DNA from: Auanema rhodensis
Lineage: Eukaryota; Animalia; Nematoda
Direction of reading: 5' to 3'
Assembly: GCA_964057225.1 (NCBI GenBank)
Contig: OZ059898.1
Coordinates: 14,818,001 to 14,882,000 of the forward strand
Length of the DNA stretch: 64,000 nucleotides
Shown here: in pieces, positions 1 to 9,429 of the stretch
Layout of the letters: each line of letters starts with the position of its first letter
Position numbering within the stretch: the stretch's first letter is position 1
The notes under the pieces: model-generated
What the model was told of the DNA's origin: nothing
Seen by the model: only the letters and a program-made list of their open reading frames with translations
Databases searched by the model: none
Program-made: the position numbers and the translations under genes

Positions 1-147
1 ATTTACCTCGAGGAAGTGAGTAAGCAACAAGGGAAGTAACAACGATGAATCGGCCCCGTATTAACTTCTAACAAAAAGATTAAACGCAGAAAAGAGATTT
101 AGAAGAGAGCTGAATTCAAAATATGGAAATTCAGAAGAGAAGATGCC

Positions 148-151
148 AAAA
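148..151 (-). terminator. Pol III T4 terminator downstream of each tRNA copy (representative)
   Basis: Minus strand 3' trailer GCCATC-TTTT, 6 nt after the discriminator base. Present in essentially every unit, with more T4-6 runs further downstream. Confidence 0.8.
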
Positions 152-157
152 GATGGC

Positions 158-229
158 TTCCCATGCCGGGAATCGAACCCGGGCCGCGTGGGTGAAAACC
201 ACGAATCCTAACCACTAGACCACATGGGA
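158..229 (-). tRNA. tRNA-Glu-TTC: tRNA-Glu(UUC), first copy, representative of about 171 full-length copies
   Basis: Minus strand reads TCCCATGTGGTCTAGTGGTTAGGATTCGTGGTTTTCACCCACGCGGCCCGGGTTCGATTCCCGGCATGGGAA (72 nt). Acceptor stem TCCCATG/CATGGGA, anticodon arm CGTGG-TT-TTC-AC-CCACG, T arm CCGGG-TTCGATT-CCCGG, A box TGGTCTAGTGG, B box GGTTCGATTCC. No encoded CCA. Confidence 0.98.
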
Positions 230-3200
230 CACGTTAACTGTTCTTATGATACTACTTCTTCTATCATTTACCTCGAGGAAGTGAGTAAGCAACAAGGGAA
301 GTAACAACGATGAATCGGCCCCGTATTAACTTCTAACAAAAAGATTAAATGCAGAAAAGAGATTTAGAAGAGAGCTGAATTCAAAATATGAAAATTCAAA
401 AGAGAAGATGCCAAAAGATGGCTTCCCATGCCGGGAATCGAACCCGGGCTGCGTGGGTGAAAACCACGAATCCTAACCACTAGACCACATGGGACACGTT
501 AACTGTTCTTAGGATACTACTTCTTCTATCATTTACCTCGAGGAAGTGAGTAAGCAACAAGGGAAGTAACAACGATGAATCGGCCCCGTATTAACTTCTA
601 ACAAAACGGTTAAAAGCAGAAAAGAGATTTAGAAGAGAGCTGAATTCAAAATATGGAAATTCAGAAGAGAAGATGCCAAAAGATGGCTTCCCATGCCGGG
701 AATCGAACCCGGGCCGCGTGGGTGAAAACCACGAATCCTAACCACTAGACCACATGGGACACGTTAACTGCTCTTATGATACTACTTCTTCTATCATTTA
801 CCTCGAGGAAGTGAGTAAGCAACAAGGGAAGTAACAACGATGAATCGGCCCCGTATTAACTTCTAACAAAAAGATTAAACGCAGAAAAGAGATTTAGAAG
901 AGAGCTGAATTCAAAATATGGAAATTCAGAAGAGAAGATGCCAAAAGATGGCTTCCCATGCCGGGAATCGAACCCGGGCCGCGTGGGTGAAAACCACGAA
1001 TCCTAACCACTAGACCACATGGGACACGTTAACTGTTCTTAGGATACTACTTCTTCTATCATTTACCTCGAGGAAGTGAGTAAGCAACAAGGGAAGTAAC
1101 AACGATGAATCGGCCCCGTATTAACTTCTAACAAAAAGATTAAACGCAGAAAAGAGATTTAGAAGAGAGCTGAATTCAAAATATGGAAATTCAGAAGAGA
1201 AGATGCCAAAAGATGGCTTCCCATGCCGGGAATCGAACCCGGGCCGCGTGGGTGAAAACCACGAATCCTAACCACTAGACCACATGGGACACGTTAACTG
1301 TTCTTATGATACTACTTCTTCTATCATTTACCTCGAGGAAGTGAGTAAGCAACAAGGGAAGTAACAACGATGAATCGGCCCCGTATTAACTTCTAACAAA
1401 AAGATTAAATGCAGAAAAGAGATTTAGAAGAGAGCTGAATTCAAAATATGAAAATTCAAAAGAGAAGATGCCAAAAGATGGCTTCCCATGCCGGGAATCG
1501 AACCCGGGCCGCGTGGGTGAAAACCACGAATCCTAACCACTAGACCACATGGGACACGTTAACTGTTCTTAGGATACTACTTCTTCTATCATTTACCTCG
1601 AGGAAGTGAGTAAGCAACAAGGGAAGTAACAACGATGAATCGGCCCCGTATTAACTTCTAACAAAACAGTTAAAAGCAGAAAAGAGATTTAGAAGAGAGC
1701 TGAATTCAAAATATGAAAATTCAAAAGAGAAGATGCCAAAAGATGGCTTCCCATGCCGGGAATCGAACCCGGGCCGCGTGGGTGAAAACCACGAATCCTA
1801 ACCACTAGACCACATGGGACACGTTAACTGCTCTTATGATACTACTTCTTCTATCATTTACCTCGAGGAAGTGAGTAAGCAACAAGGGAAGTAACAACGA
1901 TGAATCGGCCCCGTATTAACTTCTAACAAAAAGATTAAATGCAGAAAAGAGATTTAGAAGAGAGCTGAATTCATAATATGGAAATTCAGAAGAGAAGATG
2001 CCAAAAGATGGCTTCCCATGCCGGGAATCGAACCCGGGCCGCGTGGGTGAAAACCACGAATCCTAACCACTAGACCACATGGGACACGTTAACTGTTCTT
2101 ATGATACTACTTCTTCTATCATTTACCTCGAGGAAGTGAGTAAGCAACAAGGGAAGTAACAATGATGAATTGGTCCCGTATTAACTTCTAACAAAACGAT
2201 TAAATGCAGAAAAGAGATTTAGAAGAGAGCTGAATTCAAAATATGGAAATTCAGAAGAGAAGATGCCAAAAGATGGCTTCCCATGCCGGGAATCGAACCC
2301 GGGCCGCGTGGGTGAAAACCACGAATCCTAACCACTAGACCACATGGGACACGTTAACTGTTCTTATGATACTACTTCTTCTATCATTTACCTCGAGGAA
2401 GTGAGTAAGCAACAAGGGAAGTAACAATGATGAATTGGTCCCGTATTAACTTCTGACAAAAAGATTAAATGCAGAAAAGAGATTTAGAAGAGAGCTGAAT
2501 TCAAAATATGGAAATTCAGAAGAGAAGATGCCAAAAGATGGCTTCCCATGCCGGGAATCGAACCCGGGCCGCGTGGGTGAAAACCACGAATCCTAACCAC
2601 TAGACCACATGGGACACGTTAACTGCTCTTATGATACTACTTCTTCTATCATTTACCTCGAGGAAGTGAGTAAGCAACAAGGGAAGTAACAATGATGAAT
2701 TGGTCCCGTATTAACTTCTGACAAAAAGATTAAATGCAGAAAAGAGATTTAGAAGAGAGCTGAATTCAAAATATGGAAATTCAGAAGAGAAGATGCCAAA
2801 AGATGGCTTCCCATGCCGGGAATCGAACCCGGGCCGCGTGGGTGAAAACCACGAATCCTAACCACTAGACCACATGGGACACGTTAACTGCTCTTATGAT
2901 ACTACTTCTTCTATCATTTACCTCGAGGAAGTGAGTAAGCAACAAGGGAAGTAACAACGATGAATCGGCCCCGTATTAACTTCTAACAAAAAGATTAAAC
3001 GCAGAAAAGAGATTTAGAAGAGAGCTGAATTCAAAATATGGAAATTCAGAAGAGAAGATGCCAAAAGATGGCTTCCCATGCCGGGAATCGAACCCGGGCC
3101 GCGTGGGTGAAAACCACGAATCCTAACCACTAGACCACATGGGACACGTTAACTGTTCTTATGATACTACTTCTTCTATCATTTACCTCGAGGAAGTGAG

Positions 3201-6200
3201 TAAGCAACAAGGGAAGTAACAACGATGAATCGGCCCCGTATTAACTTCTAACAAAAAGATTAAATGCAGAAAAGAGATTTAGAAGAGAGCTGAATTCAAA
3301 ATATGAAAATTCAAAAGAGAAGATGCCAAAAGATGGCTTCCCATGCCGGGAATCGAACCCGGGCCGCGTGGGTGAAAACCACGAATCCTAACCACTAGAC
3401 CACATGGGACACGTTAACTGTTCTTAGGATACTACTTCTTCTATCATTTACCTCGAGGAAGTGAGTAAGCAACAAGGGAAGTAACAACGATGAATCGGCC
3501 CCGTATTAACTTCTAACAAAACGGTTAAAAGCAGAAAAGAGATTTAGAAGAGAGCTGAATTCAAAATATGGAAATTCAGAAGAGAAGATGCCAAAAGATG
3601 GCTTCCCATGCCGGGAATCGAACCCGGGCCGCGTGGGTGAAAACCACGAATCCTAACCACTAGACCACATGGGACACGTTAACTGCTCTTATGATACTAC
3701 TTCTTCTATCATTTACCTCGAGGAAGTGAGTAAGCAACAAGGGAAGTAACAACGATGAATCGGCCCCGTATTAACTTCTAACAAAAAGATTAAACGCAGA
3801 AAAGAGATTTAGAAGAGAGCTGAATTCAAAATATGGAAATTCAGAAGAGAAGATGCCAAAAGATGGCTTCCCATGCCGGGAATCGAACCCGGGCCGCGTG
3901 GGTGAAAACCACGAATCCTAACCACTAGACCACATGGGACACGTTAACTGTTCTTATGATACTACTTCTTCTATCATTTACCTCGAGGAAGTGAGTAAGC
4001 AACAAGGGAAGTAACAACGATGAATCGGCCCCGTATTAACTTCTAACAAAAAGATTAAATGCAGAAAAGAGATTTAGAAGAGAGCTGAATTCAAAATATG
4101 AAAATTCAAAAGAGAAGATGCCAAAAGATGGCTTCCCATGCCGGGAATCGAACCCGGGCCGCGTGGGTGAAAACCACGAATCCTAACCACTAGACCACAT
4201 GGGACACGTTAACTGTTCTTAGGATACTACTTCTTCTATCATTTACCTCGAGGAAGTGAGTAAGCAACAAGGGAAGTAACAACGATGAATCGGCCCCGTA
4301 TTAACTTCTAACAAAACAGTTAAAAGCAGAAAAGAGATTTAGAAGAGAGCTGAATTCAAAATATGAAAATTCAAAAGAGAAGATGCCAAAAGATGGCTTC
4401 CCATGCCGGGAATCGAACCCGGGCCGCGTGGGTGAAAACCACGAATCCTAACCACTAGACCACATGGGACACGTTAACTGCTCTTATGATACTACTTCTT
4501 CTATCATTTACCTCGAGGAAGTGAGTAAGCAACAAGGGAAGTAACAACGATGAATCGGCCCCGTATTAACTTCTAACAAAAAGATTAAATGCAGAAAAGA
4601 GATTTAGAAGAGAGCTGAATTCATAATATGGAAATTCAGAAGAGAAGATGCCAAAAGATGGCTTCCCATGCCGGGAATCGAACCCGGGCCGCGTGGGTGA
4701 AAACCACGAATCCTAACCACTAGACCACATGGGACACGTTAACTGTTCTTATGATACTACTTCTTCTATCATTTACCTCGAGGAAGTGAGTAAGCAACAA
4801 GGGAAGTAACAACGATGAATCGGCCCCGTATTAACTTCTAACAAAAAGATTAAATGCAGAAAAGAGATTTAGAAGAGAGCTGAATTCAAATAATGAAAAT
4901 TCAAAAGAGAAGATGCCAAAAGATGGCTTCCCATGCCGGGAATCGAACCCGGGCCGCGTGGGTGAAAACCACGAATCCTAACCACTAGACCACATGGGAC
5001 ACGTTAACTGTTCTTATGATACTACTTCTTCTATAATTTACCTCGAGGAAGTGAGTAAGCAACAAGGGAAGTAACAACGATGAATCGGCCCCGTATTAAC
5101 TTCTAACAAAACGGTTAAAAGCAGAAAAGAGATTTAGAAGAGAGCTGAATTCAAAATATGAAAATTCAAAAGAGAAGATGCCAAAAGATGGCTTCCCATG
5201 CCGGGAATCGAACCCGGGCCGCGTGGGTGAAAACCACGAATCCTAACCACTAGACCACATGGGACACGTTAACTGTTCTTATGATACTACTTCTTCTATC
5301 ATTTACCTCGAGGAAGTGAGTAAGCAACAAGGGAAGTAACAACGATGAATCGGCCCCGTATTAACTTCTAACAAAAAGATTAAATGCAGAAAAGAGATTT
5401 AGAAGAGAGCTGAATTCAAAATATGAAAATTCAAAAGAGAAGATGCCAAAAGATGGCTTCCCATGCCGGGAATCGAACCCGGGCCGCGTGGGTGAAAACC
5501 ACGAATCCTAACCACTAGACCACATGGGACACGTTAACTGTTCTTAGGATACTACTTCTTCTATCATTTACCTCGAGGAAGTGAGTAAGCAACAAGGGAA
5601 GTAACAACGATGAATCGGCCCCGTATTAACTTCTAACAAAACAGTTAAAAGCAGAAAAGAGATTTAGAAGAGAGCTGAATTCAAAATATGAAAATTCAAA
5701 AGAGAAGATGCCAAAAGATGGCTTCCCATGCCGGGAATCGAACCCGGGCCGCGTGGGTGAAAACCACGAATCCTAACCACTAGACCACATGGGACACGTT
5801 AACTGCTCTTATGATACTACTTCTTCTATCATTTACCTCGAGGAAGTGAGTAAGCAACAAGGGAAGTAACAACGATGAATCGGCCCCGTATTAACTTCTA
5901 ACAAAAAGATTAAATGCAGAAAAGAGATTTAGAAGAGAGCTGAATTCATAATATGGAAATTCAGAAGAGAAGATGCCAAAAGATGGCTTCCCATGCCGGG
6001 AATCGAACCCGGGCCGCGTGGGTGAAAACCACGAATCCTAACCACTAGACCACATGGGACACGTTAACTGTTCTTATGATACTACTTCTTCTATCATTTA
6101 CCTCGAGGAAGTGAGTAAGCAACAAGGGAAGTAACAACGATGAATCGGCCCCGTATTAACTTCTAACAAAAAGATTAAATGCAGAAAAGAGATTTAGAAG

Positions 6201-6805
6201 AGAGCTGAATTCAAATAATGAAAATTCAAAAGAGAAGATGCCAAAAGATGGCTTCCCATGCCGGGAATCGAACCCGGGCCGCGTGGGTGAAAACCACGAA
6301 TCCTAACCACTAGACCACATGGGACACGTTAACTGTTCTTATGATACTACTTCTTCTATAATTTACCTCGAGGAAGTGAGTAAGCAACAAGGGAAGTAAC
6401 AACGATGAATCGGCCCCGTATTAACTTCTAACAAAACGGTTAAAAGCAGAAAAGAGATTTAGAAGAGAGCTGAATTCAAAATATGAAAATTCAAAAGAGA
6501 AGATGCCAAAAGATGGCTTCCCATGCCGGGAATCGAACCCGGGCCGCGTGGGTGAAAACCACGAATCCTAACCACTAGACCACATGGGACACGTTAACTG
6601 CTCTTATGATACTACTTCTTCTATCATTTACCTCGAGGAAGTGAGTAAGCAACAAGGGAAGTAACAACGATGAATCGGCCCCGTATTAACTTCTAACAAA
6701 AAGATTAAATGCAGAAAAGAGATTTAGAAGAGAGCTGAATTCAAAATATGGAAATTCAGAAGAGAAGATGCCAAAAGATGGCTTCCCATGCCGGGAATCG
6801 AACCC

Positions 6806-6829
6806 GGGTCTGAGACGTTTCGTCGTCTC
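6806..6829. repeat. MULE left TIR
   Basis: GGGTCTGAGACGTTTCGTCGTCTC. Matches the reverse complement of 9406-9429 (GGGTGGCGGACGTTTCGTCGTCTC) at 20/24, with a perfect 16-bp inner core. Confidence 0.9.
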
Positions 6830-7053
6830 CTATTTTTACAACCTCTCCCAAGCAAGCCTAACGGTCGTAAATTATACCACACGTGTTGTACTCTCAGTTT
6901 TTGGTCGTTTAGACTTCTAAAAATTACCCAAAAACTTAAACAGTTCATAAAAAATCAAGGTTTCTAATCTAAACGGCAAGGAGGTTTTTGTGTTAGAAAA
7001 AAAAGATATGGTTCAAAAAATTTATTAGAGTTTAGTTTTTCGAGTTAAATGAT

Positions 7054-9081
7054 TCAAAAATAAGATTTTCTGGTGTTAAACTTCGCCATCTCCTCGACAT
7101 ATGCTATTATTTCTTCTTGATTAGGCAGTCGGTTATTGGAGATGCTCCTAAAGTTTTCAAACTGAACCTCAATCCGTTGTTGCCTCTCAATTACGTTTTT
7201 TCTTTTTTTCCTGGCAGGCTCAACATTCGATGACAAAGCGATCAGGACATGATTAGCCATCAAATTTTCACCATGAAAAAAAGTAATTAATTCAGAAAGA
7301 GGAGGATGAGAGCAAGATAAAATAGTCTTCATTTTACGGTGAAAAGATTCAACATTATTAGATGTACGAAACTGTTTTATGTCCCATTTGCTCCAATAAT
7401 GTCGCAAAGGTCCTTCAATCCATGTTTCATTCACATAACTGATCATTTGAAGACAAGAAGAATATGATGGATGATCAGAAGAAACGGGAGAATTGAGTAA
7501 CCCGGACCGTGAGATAAGATCAGTTTGAAGGAAGAGCAAGCCCAGCAGCCGACCATGCCATTGTTTGATTTCAATGGATTGTTTCTCTGCTTGTGTCAAA
7601 CCCAGTTGAAGAAACCGTCTGTTCAAGCTCTGAGCATAATGAAATGCACATCCTTGAACAGAATTAAAAATAGTTTCAGCTTCCCTTATTACAGCGATCT
7701 CAAAATCACAGATAAAAATAAGGTTTTCAACTATGCAACCAACGTTGGAGAGAGCTAGTGCAATATGTTGAAGAAGCCTTCTATAAGTGAACCTACTCTT
7801 ATTTTTCAAAATGGAATAGAAAAGAGGTACAGTTGTTCCATTTCTGCAACCGCCCATGATGGTATATGTTTGTTCCATATCCAAAGGCTGGTATTTGAAA
7901 CAACCGTCCCCAAGCAAATGAGTTAAACCATTCTGAACAGCTAGTTCCAAACAAAATGTATCAAAATACAAATGAAACTCGCTGTCATGAAAATGCAAGA
8001 ACGTACGACCATTGATAGTTTTAGACAAAGACAGAGGAACATTGGTCATGGATGTTCTTAAGTCTTTACGAGAACTTAAAGCCCTTGTAATAGCTCTACG
8101 TCTACTATCATAGCCACCATGAAACCAAGCAGAGGAAACTTCTTGCTTTTCATGCTCTTCTAACTCAGATTCATGAAATATTTTTTTTATTTCATTGACA
8201 AATAACGAATAAGCTTTCATCTCAAAACATGAGTCTGAACTTTTGATATTCTGAGTTAGAGAGTATGTGATATTTTTGCATTTGTTAATAGAAAACAAAA
8301 ATGGATCACAATGATGGTTTTGAGCAACAGGATTTTCGAGAAATACATTATTTTCTACTTTGATAGAAGTGTATTTACCCAAATGTTTACAACCCGTGCA
8401 ACGATAAATAGAATAAGTTTTTTGAGAACTTTTACTACTGAATTGGTAGCGATACAGCAAGTTTTCAAATTTATATTCTAAACAGGGGTGTACACCCTGC
8501 TTAGAAGGCGCAATGAGAGCGGCGTATGAGTTAGGATTTGCAGATTGCGAAGAAAATGAAGAAGAAGGAGAGGGAACAGAAGAAGAAGGAGAGGGAACAG
8601 AAGAAGAAGGAGAGAGAACAGGTAAAGAAGGAGAGGAAACAGAAGGAGGAGAAGAAGAAAGAGAAGATGACAGTGAAGAATGAACGGCAGAAGAAGAAGA
8701 AGAAGAAGGCTGAATAGAAAGATGTGAAGTAGAAGAAGAGAACAGTGGAGCGCTGTTGACAGTAGGAACAGTAACTGTAGCAACAGATTCAACTGAAGAA
8801 GATGCCGCAGATGAATTTGCTAGAGAAAGAGCAGAAGCAAAATTAACATTTTGCTGCCTCAATGGAGGGATATTGAAAGATGGAAGAGTGAAATTCAAAA
8901 ATGAGAGTGAAGTTACATCATTTGAATAAACTTCAAGATTCTGAGTATTTACCGAAGAATTATTAAAAAAGATAGTTATGTTCTCCGAAGGAACATTATC
9001 AAAAGGCTGAGAAACAAGAACAAATTTACCCTGAGCGTTAATCATCAGAGAAAATGGACAGAAAGTAGAAGGAAAAATCAT
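7054..9081 (-). CDS. MULE transposase: Ser/Pro-rich N-terminus, FLYWCH/WRKY-like Zn-binding domain, DDE catalytic domain. The true start may involve an upstream exon.
   Basis: 675-aa ORF. YRCTGC...NHHC Zn motif. Catalytic motifs LLGDGCF (D1), ICDFE (D2), GCAFH (CxxH) and RTSNNVESFH (E), all typical of MULE transposases. Confidence 0.92.
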   Translation of the reverse strand: MIFPSTFCPFSLMINAQGKFVLVSQPFDNVPSENITIFFNNSSVNTQNLEVYSNDVTSLSFLNFTLPSFNIPPLRQQNVNFASALSLANSSAASSSVESVATVTVPTVNSAPLFSSSTSHLSIQPSSSSSSAVHSSLSSSLSSSPPSVSSPSLPVLSPSSSVPSPSSSVPSPSSSFSSQSANPNSYAALIAPSKQGVHPCLEYKFENLLYRYQFSSKSSQKTYSIYRCTGCKHLGKYTSIKVENNVFLENPVAQNHHCDPFLFSINKCKNITYSLTQNIKSSDSCFEMKAYSLFVNEIKKIFHESELEEHEKQEVSSAWFHGGYDSRRRAITRALSSRKDLRTSMTNVPLSLSKTINGRTFLHFHDSEFHLYFDTFCLELAVQNGLTHLLGDGCFKYQPLDMEQTYTIMGGCRNGTTVPLFYSILKNKSRFTYRRLLQHIALALSNVGCIVENLIFICDFEIAVIREAETIFNSVQGCAFHYAQSLNRRFLQLGLTQAEKQSIEIKQWHGRLLGLLFLQTDLISRSGLLNSPVSSDHPSYSSCLQMISYVNETWIEGPLRHYWSKWDIKQFRTSNNVESFHRKMKTILSCSHPPLSELITFFHGENLMANHVLIALSSNVEPARKKRKNVIERQQRIEVQFENFRSISNNRLPNQEEIIAYVEEMAKFNTRKSYF
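8555..8715 (-). repeat. Low-complexity GAA-rich coding repeat, including a 21-bp unit encoding SSSVPSP
   Basis: gaagaaggagagggaacagaa repeated about 3 times, plus (gaa)n runs. Encodes the poly-Ser/Pro tract of the transposase. Confidence 0.8.
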
Positions 9082-9405
9082 GATGAACGAGAAAAGATGA
9101 GAAAGTGTGAATAAGCAAACTTATCGAAAGAAAAGATAAACTAACAACTATTACAATGAACTCACGTAACTGTTGACTTGAAACTGTTTGATGATAGCCT
9201 GGTTGATAGAACTGTATGTTTATTTTAATTTCTGCTTTTTTCAATTTATAATTTGATGGCACTTCAAGGTATGTAGCCACTTATATCTGACTTCTATAGA
9301 TTTATAGCTTTAATAGCACCCCGAGTTACATGAACACTGACACTTGTCAGCACATTATCATAAAGTTTGCCCTCTAATGATCAGCCTGAACTAGTTCACA
9401 AACTA

Positions 9406-9429
9406 GAGACGACGAAACGTCCGCCACCC
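9406..9429. repeat. MULE right TIR
   Basis: GAGACGACGAAACGTCCGCCACCC, the inverted counterpart of 6806-6829. Confidence 0.9.

Larger units (their letters stand above)
1..6805 (-). repeat. Tandem tRNA-Glu(UUC) gene array, segment 1 (265-bp unit; 25 full genes at 158+265n, then a split copy)
   Basis: Near-identical 265-bp unit repeated from base 1. tRNA motif ttcccatgccggg...cacatggga recurs at 158, 423, 688 ... 6783. Confidence 0.98.
6806..9429 (-). mobile_element. Mutator/MULE superfamily DNA transposon (2624 bp), probably autonomous
   Basis: 9-bp TSD ATCGAACCC at 6797-6805 and 9430-9438. 24-bp imperfect TIRs starting with GGGT. Internal MULE DDE transposase ORF. Confidence 0.93.

Noticed and set aside
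6-240. Palindromes in the unit (CCTCGAGG, GAATTC, GTTAAC, ATGATA..TATCAT)
   Set aside because: Short, expected by chance, and several are freely mutated among units.
1-6805. tRNA-derived SINE array
   Set aside because: The tRNA is complete and perfectly paired, with an immediate T4 terminator. There is no SINE body, poly(A) tail or per-unit TSD.
6797-6808. 12-bp TSD (ATCGAACCCGGG) for the MULE
   Set aside because: The GGG is needed as the left TIR tip pairing with the right-end CCC. A 9-bp TSD fits MULE biology.
6724-6948. 74-aa ORF across the MULE left junction
   Set aside because: Chimeric reading of TIR plus tRNA plus spacer, with no coding features.
7525-8792. 77-aa and Leu-rich 104-aa ORFs inside the transposase
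   Set aside because: Antisense or alternative-frame shadows. The Leu richness comes from the TCT/CTT low-complexity repeat.
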